From: Candidatus Sericytochromatia bacterium
GTDB lineage: Bacteria > Cyanobacteriota > Sericytochromatia > S15B-MN24 > UBA4093
Length of the DNA stretch: 64,000 nt
Reading direction: 5' to 3'
NCBI GenBank assembly: GCA_036676985.1
Contig: JAKFBU010000076.1
Span: 32,001 to 96,000 of the forward strand
Shown here piece after piece: positions 1 to 9,265 of the stretch; the first letter of the stretch is position 1, and each line of letters begins with the position of its first letter. The notes beneath the pieces were generated by a model. It was not told the origin of the DNA. It worked only from the letters and a program-made list of their open reading frames with translations, and did not search any database. The position numbers were made by a program, and so were the translations under genes.

Positions 1-1
1 C

Positions 2-376
2 ATCCTGCAGGTGCTGGTCAACCTGGTCCAGAACGCCTCCAAGTTCTCGGCGGACGGCGCGGTCATCGAGGTCACAGCGGAGGTCGACGCCGAGGGCGTC
101 ACCACCCGCGTGTCGGATCAGGGCATCGGCATCCCCCCCGAGCAGCTCACGCGCATCTTCGAGGCCTTCTACCAGGTGGACAGCCACAGCACGCGGGTGC
201 ATGGCGGCATCGGGATGGGGCTGGCCATCGTGCGCAGCATGATCGAGGCCCACCGGGGACGCATCGAGGTCCGGAGTACCGAGGGCGAGGGCTCCACCTT
301 CACCTTCCGTCTGCCTTACCTGCCCTTCGAGGAGCGTCGGGGGACGACGGCTCAACTGCCGGAAACCACCGTCTGA
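2..376 (+). CDS. Sensor histidine kinase, C-terminal HATPase_c domain (5' truncated by window edge)
   Basis: N box (NLVQNASKF), G1 (DQGIGI), F (IFEAF) and G2 (GIGMGL) boxes; frame is open to the window start. Confidence 0.9.
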   Translation: MLQVLVNLVQNASKFSADGAVIEVTAEVDAEGVTTRVSDQGIGIPPEQLTRIFEAFYQVDSHSTRVHGGIGMGLAIVRSMIEAHRGRIEVRSTEGEGSTFTFRLPYLPFEERRGTTAQLPETTV

Positions 377-384
377 CCTGAAGT

Positions 385-401
385 TCGGTAGGTCCTACGG
401 A
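385..401. promoter_or_regulatory. Palindromic activator-like site TCGGTAG-GTC-CTACGGA
   Basis: Matches three other copies (51467, 53462, 53485); -10-like TATGGT at 424-429 starts 31 bp from its centre. Confidence 0.6.
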
Positions 402-435
402 TGATCCTCCCGTTGCCCGGAGCTATGGTGAGGAT

Positions 436-563
436 GCGAGGAGGGAAGCCTGAAACGAACGAAATCGGACGGTTGAACACCCTCGAGGCGACACCGCCGC
501 ACAGAAATCGCCACCAGGCGCACCCCTCCCCTGACCCCCGCTGCACCCGCGGGGGTCTTTCTA
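436..563 (+). ncRNA. Candidate small RNA of about 125 nt
   Basis: Between convergent genes, downstream of the motif plus -10 box, ending in a GC hairpin with a U-rich tail; no convincing ORF. Confidence 0.3.
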
Positions 564-565
564 TT
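533..565 (+). terminator. Intrinsic terminator
   Basis: GACCCCCGC / GCGGGGGTC stem followed by TTTCTATT. Confidence 0.7.
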
Positions 566-984
566 TAAGGCACTTGCAGCGTGACGCTGGCGGTCGTGTC
601 GGCGTCCACCTGGGCGCTCGCCGTCGCCGAGTCGTCGCTGAGCCGCACCTCGTAGGGGCCCGTCTTCATGCGCTCGAAGCGCACGACGCCCGAGGCGTCG
701 GTCGTGCCGCTGATGACCGACGGACAGCGCAGCCCCGTGTAAACCAGGCGAGTGGCCGAGACGCCGACGTTTGCCTTGCCGACTCCGCCCGCATCGACCA
801 CGCGGACCTGCAGGGTGCCGACCGGAATCTCCGTCTGGGTGCGGTAGCCTGCCGCGACCTGGGGGCTGCAGCCGCCGGAGTCGGCGGCCGGCGAGCCGAA
901 CATGGTGCCGAGGCTCGAGCAGCCCGCCGTGACGACGAGGGCGGCGACGGCGAGGCCGACGAGGGCGTAAGGCTGGCGTGGCAT
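565..984 (-). CDS. Lipoprotein with carboxypeptidase-regulatory-like (prealbumin-like) beta-sandwich
   Basis: AAGGAG RBS before ATG 984; lipobox TAGC; GTTDASGVVRFERMKTGPYEV pattern. Confidence 0.7.
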   Translation of the reverse strand: MPRQPYALVGLAVAALVVTAGCSSLGTMFGSPAADSGGCSPQVAAGYRTQTEIPVGTLQVRVVDAGGVGKANVGVSATRLVYTGLRCPSVISGTTDASGVVRFERMKTGPYEVRLSDDSATASAQVDADTTASVTLQVP

Positions 985-1112
985 GGGGCATCTCCTTCCG
1001 AGGGGACTCATACCCGCCCGGCGAGCGCCCAACCCCCGCATGATCCACCGGGCGATCGTGGCCATGCGCGGGCCCCGGCAGTACACTGGAGGGACACGCA
1101 AGAAAAGGAGTT

Positions 1113-1466
1113 GTGACCAAGATGGCCAAGTCGACCGTGATCGCCGAAGGAAAGGCGTGGCGCCTGCAGACCACGTGGGGCGAGTTCGCCGTGCCCGCCG
1201 GGACCGAGCAAGACTACGAGTCCACCTATGAGAAGCTGCGGGACCTGGTGGTCGAGCGCTTCGAGCAGATCGCCCAGGAGAACGGCGCCATGCTCGCCTG
1301 GATCCGTGAGACCGGCCAGGTGGTGGGCCCTCAGAACCCGGCCGCCGATCTGCTGAAGAACCTCGAGCCCTGGCGCCAGCAAGCCGAGCGCGAGGTGACG
1401 GAGAGCTGGCAGCGTGGGGAGATCGCCGCGGTCTACTCGGGCGGAGCCCCCAGCGAGGCCGAGTAG
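1113..1466 (+). CDS. Hypothetical protein
   Basis: AGGAG RBS before GTG; host-like codon usage. Confidence 0.7.
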   Translation: MTKMAKSTVIAEGKAWRLQTTWGEFAVPAGTEQDYESTYEKLRDLVVERFEQIAQENGAMLAWIRETGQVVGPQNPAADLLKNLEPWRQQAEREVTESWQRGEIAAVYSGGAPSEAE

Positions 1467-1584
1467 CGCCCGCTTCCTGGACCCTCGGACCCGCTTGCGT
1501 TAAGCTGAAGCCATCTGGCGACGATCTGTCGCTGTTTGGTCACGGCAGCCTCCCTGCGAGGCCGGCAAGCGCACCGAGGGTCTC

Positions 1585-1947
1585 ATGTCCAAGTCGTCGT
1601 TCGAGTTCCTGATGATGGTGGTCGGCGTCGCGGCCATCGTGATGACGTCCGCGACCCTGTACTACCTGGGGACGGCCTTCGTTCCGGGCGTCCTCCTCTT
1701 CGTGCCCCTGTTCGGCATGGCCGGGCTCGTGCTCGCGCCCTTCCATCGGCGCCACTACGATGCGGACTGGTGGGACCTGGGCACGCCCCGCCTGAGCGAA
1801 GAGGACCCGCCCCTCTGGCAGATCGCGAGCCTCTCGGTGGTGCTCGTGTGCCTCCTGCTCTGGGTCGCCAACCCCGTCGTGTACTACCCCGGCGAGGTCA
1901 GCCTCCCCATCCGCTACGTTACCGAGGGCCTGAGTCAGGAGCGCTGA
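1585..1947 (+). CDS. Hypothetical membrane protein (about 3 TM)
   Basis: Three hydrophobic segments; GAGG RBS. Confidence 0.7.
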   Translation: MSKSSFEFLMMVVGVAAIVMTSATLYYLGTAFVPGVLLFVPLFGMAGLVLAPFHRRHYDADWWDLGTPRLSEEDPPLWQIASLSVVLVCLLLWVANPVVYYPGEVSLPIRYVTEGLSQER

Positions 1948-1957
1948 GCCACGCGCC

Positions 1958-2398
1958 TCACGGCTCCAGGGAGACGAGGGACCAGTGGGGGTAGCGCTCG
2001 TTGGCGTAGGCGAGCGCCTCCTCCAGCCGGTTGAAGTCCCGCTGGTGGCGCGGCAGCTCCTGCTCCACCACCGTGAACCAGTCCGGGGTCTGGGCGATGT
2101 AGACCTGGATCCGGTCCTTCTGCTTGACCGAGTAGCTCCAGTTCGACTTGGAGAAGGCCCGATCCCCCAGCGTCGCCTTGCTCTTGGGCGCCGCCATGCG
2201 CGTGGGAACGGCCAGGTACGTGCGCTGTGCCTCCTCGTCCCAGCGGAGGGAGCCCGCGGATCCGGCGCTGCTCAGGGCGAGCGGCCGATAGATCGCCTTG
2301 GCCGTGTCCAGTGGCGGCCGGTCGGTGGGAAGGGAACTGCAGGCGCCAAGGGCGAGGGCGATCAGGGCGCCCCCGATATAGGGATGGCTCAGTCTCAT
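1958..2398 (-). CDS. Hypothetical lipoprotein
   Basis: GGAGG RBS; signal peptide with lipobox LGAC. Confidence 0.7.
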   Translation of the reverse strand: MRLSHPYIGGALIALALGACSSLPTDRPPLDTAKAIYRPLALSSAGSAGSLRWDEEAQRTYLAVPTRMAAPKSKATLGDRAFSKSNWSYSVKQKDRIQVYIAQTPDWFTVVEQELPRHQRDFNRLEEALAYANERYPHWSLVSLEP

Positions 2399-2527
2399 GG
2401 GGCCTCCTTCGAAAAGCAGATCAGTAACGATAATTCGTTTTCATATCAAGCTAGCAAGTTTTGTGCGAAATGAAAAGAGCGAGTACGATGAGGGCGTGCC
2501 CGCTTGATTCATGAAGGAGTCCTCCGC

Positions 2528-4243
2528 GTGTCCACCAAGTCGGTCGTTGCCTCGCTCACCCTCTCGGCCCTCTTACTCGTCTCCACGGTCGCCTCGGCTG
2601 CTCCCGTCCCCGCCCAGTGGGCCTTTCCGGCCGATGGCCCTCCCGTGAAGGCCAAGCACGGCATGGTCTCGAGCGTCTCACCCATCGCGAGCAAGGTCGG
2701 CGTCGAGATCCTCAAGCAGGGCGGCAACGCCATCGACGCGGCGGTCGCCGTGGCCTTCGCCATGGCCGTCACCTGGCCGGAGGCGGGCAACGTGGGCGGC
2801 GGCGGCTTCCTGGTCATGCGCGACAAGGAGGGCAAGAACTACGCCCTCGACTACCGCGAGACGGCCCCCGCCAAGGCCACGCGCGACATGTTCCTCGACG
2901 AGAAGGGCGAGGTGACCGACAAGGGCCTCGTCACGCGCCTCGGCGCCGGAACCCCCGGCACGGTCTGGGGCATGTACGAGGTGCACCGCAAGTTCGGGCG
3001 CATGGCATGGCCCGACCTCCTGGCCCCCGCCATCAAGCTCGCCCATGAGGGCTTCCTCGTGGACAAGGGCCTCGCGGCCTCGCTCGAGAAGTACCAGGCG
3101 GATCTGCGCCGGGACGACGAGGCGGCGCGCATCTTCCTCAAGGACGGTCAGCCCCTCAAGGTGGGCGATCGCCTCCAGCAGCCCGATCTGGCCCGCACGC
3201 TGCGCCTCGTCTCGAACCGCGGCCCCGAGGGCTTCTACCAGGGTCCCGTCGCCGAGGCGTTCGACGAGGACATGGCCGACAACGGCGGCATCATGACGGC
3301 AGCCGACCTCGCCGCCTACCGTCCCAAGTGGCGCGAGCCCATCGCCTTCACCTACCGCGGCCTCAAGGTCGTGAGCATGCCGCCTCCGAGCTCGGGCGGC
3401 TTCCTCCTGGCCTCCATCCTCAAGATGGTGGAGAAGGACGACGTCAAGAAGTTGGGCTGGCACAGCCCCGGCCACATCCACCTCATCGCCGAGGCCGAGC
3501 GGCGCGCCTTCGCGGATCGCAACGAGTACCTGGGCGACCCCGACCACCTCTCCATCCCGCTCAAGCGCATGCTCGATCCCACCTACCTCCAGCAGCGCCG
3601 CGCCACGGTGGATCCCGCCAAGGCGACCCCCGAGTTCTCCACCCAGCCGGGCCTCGCGGAGCGTGAGGAGACGACCCACTTCGTGGTGGCGGACGCCTTG
3701 GGCAACGTCGTGAGCAACACCTACACCCTCAACGGCGCCTACGGCAGCTGCATCGTCGTGCCCGGCACGGGCGTCCTGCTCAACAACGAGATGGACGACT
3801 TCACGGCCAAGCCCGGCTCCCCCAACCTGTTCGGGCTGGTGCAGGGCGAGAAGAACGCGATCGCCCCCAAGAAGCGCATGCTGAGCTCCATGTCGCCCAC
3901 GCTGGTGCTGGACGCCAAGGGCAACTTCCGCATGGCGGTGGGCTCGCCCGGCGGCTCCACCATCCCGACCACCACCCTCCAGGTCCTCATGAACTACTTC
4001 GACTTCGGCATGAACGTCCGCCAGGCCGTGGTCGCGCCGCGCTTCCACCATCAGGGGCTGCCCCAGTCCATCGACGTGGAGCCCGCCGGCTTCGATCCCG
4101 CCACGCTGAAGGCGCTGGAGGGCATGGGTCATCCCCTGCGCGAGCGCTACCTTGGAGACGCGCAGGCGATCGTCCGCAAGCCCGACGGCAGCTTCGAGGG
4201 CTGGGCCGATCCGCGCAAGGGCGGCCTCGCGGTCGGCTACTAA
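2528..4243 (+). CDS. ggt: Gamma-glutamyltransferase (secreted)
   Basis: GGNAIDAAVA, DYRETAP, catalytic ETTH, LNNEMDDF, LSSMSPT and GSPGG motifs; signal peptide; start chosen from AAGGAG RBS. Confidence 0.95.
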   Translation: MSTKSVVASLTLSALLLVSTVASAAPVPAQWAFPADGPPVKAKHGMVSSVSPIASKVGVEILKQGGNAIDAAVAVAFAMAVTWPEAGNVGGGGFLVMRDKEGKNYALDYRETAPAKATRDMFLDEKGEVTDKGLVTRLGAGTPGTVWGMYEVHRKFGRMAWPDLLAPAIKLAHEGFLVDKGLAASLEKYQADLRRDDEAARIFLKDGQPLKVGDRLQQPDLARTLRLVSNRGPEGFYQGPVAEAFDEDMADNGGIMTAADLAAYRPKWREPIAFTYRGLKVVSMPPPSSGGFLLASILKMVEKDDVKKLGWHSPGHIHLIAEAERRAFADRNEYLGDPDHLSIPLKRMLDPTYLQQRRATVDPAKATPEFSTQPGLAEREETTHFVVADALGNVVSNTYTLNGAYGSCIVVPGTGVLLNNEMDDFTAKPGSPNLFGLVQGEKNAIAPKKRMLSSMSPTLVLDAKGNFRMAVGSPGGSTIPTTTLQVLMNYFDFGMNVRQAVVAPRFHHQGLPQSIDVEPAGFDPATLKALEGMGHPLRERYLGDAQAIVRKPDGSFEGWADPRKGGLAVGY

Positions 4244-4262
4244 GCCCACCATTCGCCACTTC

Positions 4263-4290
4263 AGGCCCTCCTCTTGTTCGAGGAGGGCCT
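4263..4290 (+). terminator. Hairpin terminator after ggt
   Basis: AGGCCCTCCTC / GAGGAGGGCCT stem followed by TCTT. Confidence 0.6.
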
Positions 4291-4343
4291 TCTTGCTGGG
4301 CCCGGAGGGGCGAGAGCGGCGGAGATCGTGATAAAATGGGGGC

Positions 4344-4688
4344 ATGTACAGGCTCACCAAACGACTGAAATTCGAGGCCGCGCATCGCATCCCGGGGCAT
4401 CCCGGCAAGTGCGATCGCCTGCATGGCCACACCTACTTCGTGGACGTCGAGGTCAAGGGCACCGATCTCGACGCCCTGGGGATCCTGATCGACTTCAACC
4501 ACCTCAAGGAGCTCGAAGCGCTCCTGCCCGACCACACCTACCTCAACGAGACGCTGCCGGGCATCCAGACCACCGCGGAGGGGCTGTCCAGGCACTTCTT
4601 CCAGGTCTTCAAGGAGCGCCTCCCCGAGGTCGCGGCCGTGACCGTGCACGAGGGGCCCAACTCCTGGTGCCGCTTCGAGGAGGCGTAG
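4344..4688 (+). CDS. queD: 6-carboxy-5,6,7,8-tetrahydropterin synthase
   Basis: FEAAH, C-x3-HGH, DHTYLN, TAE motifs; clustered with queE and queC. Confidence 0.92.
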   Translation: MYRLTKRLKFEAAHRIPGHPGKCDRLHGHTYFVDVEVKGTDLDALGILIDFNHLKELEALLPDHTYLNETLPGIQTTAEGLSRHFFQVFKERLPEVAAVTVHEGPNSWCRFEEA

Positions 4689-4689
4689 G

Positions 4690-5394
4690 ATGGCCGTGGA
4701 AGCGAAGCCCGTGACCCTCGAGGTCTGCGAGATCTTCACCAGCATCCAGGGCGAGGGCACCCGCATCGGCGTGCCGAGCACCTTCGTGCGGCTCCTGCGC
4801 TGCAACCTGCACTGCGCCTGGTGCGACACCACCTATAGCTGGAAGGACGGCGAACGGGTCGAGGGCGTCCAGATGTCCCCCGAGGCCATCCTGCGCGAGG
4901 TCCACGCCCGCGACGTGGTGCTCACGGGTGGCGAGCCCATGTTGCAGGACTTGTCGCCCTTGCTCGCCCTCATGGGCGATCGCCACGTCACCGTCGAGAC
5001 CAACGGCACCATCTTCAAGGCCTACGACCGGGTCAACCTCTGGAGCATCAGCCCCAAGCTCGGCTCGAGCGGCCACAAGCCCAACAAGCGGGTCCTCGGC
5101 GAGTTCGTCGCGCACTACGGCCACAAGCTGCAGCTCAAGTTCGTCGTCGGCGGTCCTGCCGACCTCCAGGCCGTCAAGGACCTGCTCGAGGAGCTGCCCG
5201 AGGTGGCCGAGCGCGCCATTCCCGTCATCCTGCAGCCCGTCGGCAGCCCGACGCAGGGTGCGGGCGATTACCTGGAGGGCATGCGCCGCCTGATCGAGGA
5301 GGAGCTCCTGGTCGATGGCGCCTGGGCCAGGTACAACTGGCGCTTCCTGCCCCAGTTCCACCGTCTCCTCTGGGGAGACAAGCGAGGGATCTAA
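4690..5394 (+). CDS. queE: 7-carboxy-7-deazaguanine synthase (radical SAM)
   Basis: EIFTSIQGEG, CNLHCAWCDT, TGGEP, ETNG, SPK, LPQFH. Confidence 0.95.
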   Translation: MAVEAKPVTLEVCEIFTSIQGEGTRIGVPSTFVRLLRCNLHCAWCDTTYSWKDGERVEGVQMSPEAILREVHARDVVLTGGEPMLQDLSPLLALMGDRHVTVETNGTIFKAYDRVNLWSISPKLGSSGHKPNKRVLGEFVAHYGHKLQLKFVVGGPADLQAVKDLLEELPEVAERAIPVILQPVGSPTQGAGDYLEGMRRLIEEELLVDGAWARYNWRFLPQFHRLLWGDKRGI

Positions 5395-6074
5395 TGTCGA
5401 AGAAAGCCGTCGTCCTGCTGTCCGGTGGTCTGGACAGCACCACCTGCGCGTATCTCGCCAAGGCCCAGGGCTACGAGGTCTACGCCCTCTCCTTCGACTA
5501 CGGCCAGCGCCTCGCCCGCGAGCTCGACTCGGCCAAGGCCGTCGCCCAGGCCGTGGGGGCCGCCGAGCACATCGTCATGAAGTTCGACCTCACGCGCTGG
5601 GGTGGCTCGGCCCTCACGCAGGCGGACCTCGCGGTGCCGACGGGCCGCGAGACGGCCGAGATGGAGGAGAGCATCCCCGTCACCTACGTGCCGGGCCGCA
5701 ACATCCTCTTTTTGAGCTTCGGCGTCTCCTACGCCGAGGCCAAGGGTGCCGAGGCCATCTTCATCGGGGTGAACGCCCTCGACTACTCGGGCTATCCCGA
5801 CTGCCGCCCCGAGTTCATCGCCGCCTACCAGGAGGCCGTTCGCCTCGGGACCAAGGCGGGCGTCGAGGGCCGGCCCATCCGCATCGAGACGCCGCTTCTG
5901 CACTGGACCAAGGCCGAGATCATCCGGCATGGGCTCGAGGCGGGCGCCGACTACGGCCTCACGTGGTCCTGCTACCAGGGTGGGGCCGTGCCCTGCGGCG
6001 AGTGCGACTCCTGCAAGCTCAGGGCCAAGGGCTTCGCCGAGGCGGGCGTCCGGGACGCGGCCCTACCCGTCTAA
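5394..6074 (+). CDS. queC: 7-cyano-7-deazaguanine synthase
   Basis: SGGLDS, TYVPGRN, YPDCRPEF, TWSCY-x6-CGECDSC. Confidence 0.97.
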   Translation: MSKKAVVLLSGGLDSTTCAYLAKAQGYEVYALSFDYGQRLARELDSAKAVAQAVGAAEHIVMKFDLTRWGGSALTQADLAVPTGRETAEMEESIPVTYVPGRNILFLSFGVSYAEAKGAEAIFIGVNALDYSGYPDCRPEFIAAYQEAVRLGTKAGVEGRPIRIETPLLHWTKAEIIRHGLEAGADYGLTWSCYQGGAVPCGECDSCKLRAKGFAEAGVRDAALPV

Positions 6075-6086
6075 GGTCTCCCAGGA

Positions 6087-6120
6087 AAGAGGGCGCTTCC
6101 TGTTCAGGAAGCGCCCTCTT
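6087..6120. terminator. Bidirectional terminator
   Basis: 16-bp perfect stem AAGAGGGCGCTTCCTG between convergent queC and PLD genes. Confidence 0.75.
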
Positions 6121-6133
6121 GTCGTCTGTGCCG

Positions 6134-7537
6134 TTAGAACCCGAGCGATTCGAGCAGATCGGGCTTCTTGTCCGGGGTGATGCGGATGCCTCGCTGCCAG
6201 TCCTGGTCGAAGAGGGCCGCGTCGAGCTGGCGGGTCGCCGCGGCGTCGTCGATGCCGAGGCCCGCCTCGCGCGAGTACACGAAGGACTGCTTGTCCATGT
6301 TCTGCGAGCCCACGTAGGCCCACTGGCCGTCCACGGACATGTACTTGGTGTGGTTGTTGGCGAGCGTCTGGCCGTCCGGCGAGAACCAGCGCATCTCGAC
6401 GTTCTGCCGCGATCGCTCGGGCAGCTTGTCCAGGAACTGGCTGATGAAGAGCTCGTTGTTCGAGAAGTCGACCAGCGACGTCCGCTGGTTGAAGCCCTTG
6501 GGCACCACGAGCTTGATCTGGACGCCGCGGTCGGCGGCCGCCGCGAGGGCGCTCCAGACCTCGCGGTCCGTGATGTTGGGCGTCACGATCCGGATCTCGC
6601 GCTGGGCCGCGTGGAGGGCGGCCAGGATCCCCTGGTCGGCGTCGTTGGCGTAGGGCTTGCCGTGCAGCGAGGCCACCGCGATGCTGTCCCGGCTCAGGTA
6701 GGTCATGGGGATGGTGGGGCCCGTGGCGGGAGCGGCCTCGGCCTTGATGGCCGGAGGCAGCTTGAAGCCGTCCGCCGAACGGACCGCGCCGTCCTGGATC
6801 TGCACCTTGACCTTGGACTTGGCGAAGGCCTGGTCGAAGTCCGCGAGCATGGTGTCGACCACGTCGCCCTTGACCTTCACGAGCACGTCCTGGAAGTCCT
6901 TGTCCTGGATGTTGATGCCGCCGATGAGGCCGGTGTTGCCGTCAATCACGAACAGCTTCTCGTGGTCCATGCCCCGGTGCGGCGTCTTGAGGTAGCCCGC
7001 GATCACGGCGTCCACGCCGTGCTCCGTGAAGGCGTCGTTGACGGGATCCTTGAAGAGGGTGAAGTCGCCGCGGTGGATCAGATACACCTTGAAGTCGGGC
7101 GACAGCTTCTGCTTTTCGCTGAGGGCCTTGAGCAGGGTCTTGCCCGCCTCGCTGTCCGCCTCGAACTCGAAGTTCTGGATCCGGATCTCGTGCTTGGCAC
7201 CCTTGATGGCCTGGGCCAGGCGATCCATGGCCTCGTTGTGGAGGTCGTGGTCGTTGATCCACAGCTCCTCGATGGAGCCCTTGGTGAAGACCTTGTCCCG
7301 GGGGACCACGCCGCTGTTGGCCTTGGCGACGGCCTGGTTGACGGCCTTGCCGACGTCGGTGGCGCCCGCGATCTCGGTGGTGGCAGCCGCGGCGCTGGCG
7401 GCGGCCGTCGCGCTGAGCTCGAGGCGATCGCGCGCCACCGTCTTGGCAGCCAAGGCCGCACCCTGCGCGGCCTTGGTCTCTTGCCGGCGGAACAGGCGTC
7501 GGACGGCGCCCTTCAGTTCGGTTCCGATCGCGTCCAC
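6134..7537 (-). CDS. Phospholipase D superfamily protein
   Basis: Two HKD motifs (HEKLFVIDG...GGIN; HTKYMSVDG...GSQN); Ala-rich N-terminal extension, no TM anchor. Confidence 0.9.
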   Translation of the reverse strand: MDAIGTELKGAVRRLFRRQETKAAQGAALAAKTVARDRLELSATAAASAAAATTEIAGATDVGKAVNQAVAKANSGVVPRDKVFTKGSIEELWINDHDLHNEAMDRLAQAIKGAKHEIRIQNFEFEADSEAGKTLLKALSEKQKLSPDFKVYLIHRGDFTLFKDPVNDAFTEHGVDAVIAGYLKTPHRGMDHEKLFVIDGNTGLIGGINIQDKDFQDVLVKVKGDVVDTMLADFDQAFAKSKVKVQIQDGAVRSADGFKLPPAIKAEAAPATGPTIPMTYLSRDSIAVASLHGKPYANDADQGILAALHAAQREIRIVTPNITDREVWSALAAAADRGVQIKLVVPKGFNQRTSLVDFSNNELFISQFLDKLPERSRQNVEMRWFSPDGQTLANNHTKYMSVDGQWAYVGSQNMDKQSFVYSREAGLGIDDAAATRQLDAALFDQDWQRGIRITPDKKPDLLESLGF

Positions 7538-7638
7538 GGCGTTCCGTCTCCATGGGTAACGGCTGATTAACAGTTACCTTATAGGGGCGGGAAACCGGTG
7601 ACTTTCTTAAGCTTGGGCCAAGGTTCGAATCAAGTGTT

Positions 7639-8535
7639 TTAAGACCCGAGGTGGGTGCCGATCTGCTGCAGCAGCTGCTGGCGCAAAGCGGTCTCGTCGG
7701 CGGTGAAGGTGTGCCCGTCCACGTTGTCCGGCCAGATGGGGATGTGCATGGTGGAGGGCACCATTTGCACGCTCAGATCCGACTTGACGCCGTTGCGCAA
7801 CAGCTCGGCGCTCACCGGATCGACCGTGCCGTCCCCGTTGGCTTGGATGACGAGCGTGTTGGCGCCCTCTAGCCGGATGCCCGTGCGGAGGCGCGACTTT
7901 ACGATCTCGGTGAGGTCCACCAGGGACGTGATGGTGGACGCGGGCCGGAAGCGGTACCATTTGCCGACGCTCGCGCCCTCGGGGTTGGTGTCGAGGTACT
8001 TCACGCCGAGCCAGTCGAGCAGGCCCGCGTAGCCCGCGGCCTTGTTCTTGATCTCGACCAGGGGGGCGACGAGCGCGATGCGCCGCGGAGCCGGGCTGAT
8101 CTTGCCGCTCGAGAGGGCCTCGAGGATGAGCGTGCCGCCCGTCGAGGTGCCCAACAGCGCGATGTTGCGGTAGCCCTTGTCCTGCAGCGCCTGGTACTCG
8201 GCGACGATGGGCGCCTGCCAGGTCTTCCAGGTGGACTTCTCGAAGTCCTGGATGTTGGTGCCATGCGCGCCCAGGAGCACCTCGGAGACGAGCATGTTCT
8301 GGCTGCGCAGGTAGTCGACGGCGGGCTTGAGCTCGAAGGTGGTCGCCGTGTAGCCGTGGGCGGCCACCACCACGAGCTGGTCCTTCTGCAACTCGGTCGG
8401 CGCAGGGATCTCCTGGCTCACGAGCTTTGGCGTGACGGTCATGGTTCCGCCGTCGAGGTCCCCGGCCTGGATCGGGTAGGTGGTGCTGCAGCCGGTGAGC
8501 GCACCGATGAGAAGGGCGAAACCGAGACGTCGCAT
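7639..8535 (-). CDS. Alpha/beta hydrolase (esterase-like) lipoprotein
   Basis: Lipobox LTGC; AHGY oxyanion motif, GTSTGG nucleophile elbow, DGTVD and a C-terminal His. Confidence 0.85.
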   Translation of the reverse strand: MRRLGFALLIGALTGCSTTYPIQAGDLDGGTMTVTPKLVSQEIPAPTELQKDQLVVVAAHGYTATTFELKPAVDYLRSQNMLVSEVLLGAHGTNIQDFEKSTWKTWQAPIVAEYQALQDKGYRNIALLGTSTGGTLILEALSSGKISPAPRRIALVAPLVEIKNKAAGYAGLLDWLGVKYLDTNPEGASVGKWYRFRPASTITSLVDLTEIVKSRLRTGIRLEGANTLVIQANGDGTVDPVSAELLRNGVKSDLSVQMVPSTMHIPIWPDNVDGHTFTADETALRQQLLQQIGTHLGS

Positions 8536-8585
8536 GCCGGGTCCTTTCCTGCGCGGGGAGGGGATGCCGCTACTTTGTACCCGAA

Positions 8586-9077
8586 TTAGAGGGCGAATCC
8601 CGCCTGGATCAGCAGTCGCGGCACACTCCGGGCGTTGGTGACGAACAGGGGCTGGTTCAGGGCGTAGGGCATGGCGATGGGATTGAGCCCCACCCCCACG
8701 GTCGTGGAGTAGCGCCCGAACGTGATCTGGTAGCCCGCGCCCAGGAGGGCCATGGGGTTCCACTCCTGCGGGCTCTGGTCGGAGAGCGTCGTCATGCGGA
8801 TCATGGTGGCGCCCGCCTCCAGGTACGCGCCCAGCTCGTCCCAGGGGAAGTAGCGGAAGGTCCCCGTGATGTTGTTGGCCTGCACGAGCGTGCCCACGGT
8901 GATGGCGTAGCCCACGTTCCCGTAGCGGCTCGCGACGCCCAGGTGCAGCCACTCGGGGTTGCCGAGGCCGACGACCAGCTCGGTGGTGCGGACGGGGGCC
9001 GCAGGGGTCACGGCGGCCGTCACCGAAGCGGTCGCTGCGGGGGGCGTCGGGGGCATGTCGGCGGCTGCGAGCAACAT
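8586..9077 (-). CDS. Hypothetical protein, possible small outer-membrane beta-barrel
   Basis: Alternating beta-strand pattern (YLEAG, GAGYQITF, IQAGFAL); AAGGA RBS. Confidence 0.6.
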   Translation of the reverse strand: MLLAAADMPPTPPAATASVTAAVTPAAPVRTTELVVGLGNPEWLHLGVASRYGNVGYAITVGTLVQANNITGTFRYFPWDELGAYLEAGATMIRMTTLSDQSPQEWNPMALLGAGYQITFGRYSTTVGVGLNPIAMPYALNQPLFVTNARSVPRLLIQAGFAL

Positions 9078-9265
9078 CGTCCGGTCCTTTCGAACAACAG
9101 GAAACGACTCATCCTAGCCGAGCGAGCGCCCGTCGTCCAGCCAGCCCGATCCCTGCCGGGAAGGGGAGGTTAACCTTCGGGAAAGCTTCGGGAAAATGGC
9201 GCAGGGATCGGCTCCGGGGCGCCCATAACCATGGCGTACATCCTGATAACGGCAAGGAGGCGCCC

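Noticed and set aside
434-568. 44-aa ORF MRGGKPETNE...
   Set aside because: Runs through the terminator hairpin and has atypical codon usage; sRNA or UTR is more plausible
2429-2448. Fur box between the lipoprotein and ggt
   Set aside because: Only about 11/19 match to GATAATGATAATCATTATC in an AT-rich promoter; insufficient
4245-4343. preQ1 riboswitch
   Set aside because: No aptamer consensus visible; the hairpin fits the ggt terminator and queD looks leaderless
4344-6074. queDEC as part of a dpd (7-deazaguanine DNA modification) defence island
   Set aside because: No dpdA/tgt paralogue or other dpd genes nearby; host-like GC; ordinary queuosine pathway is the simpler reading
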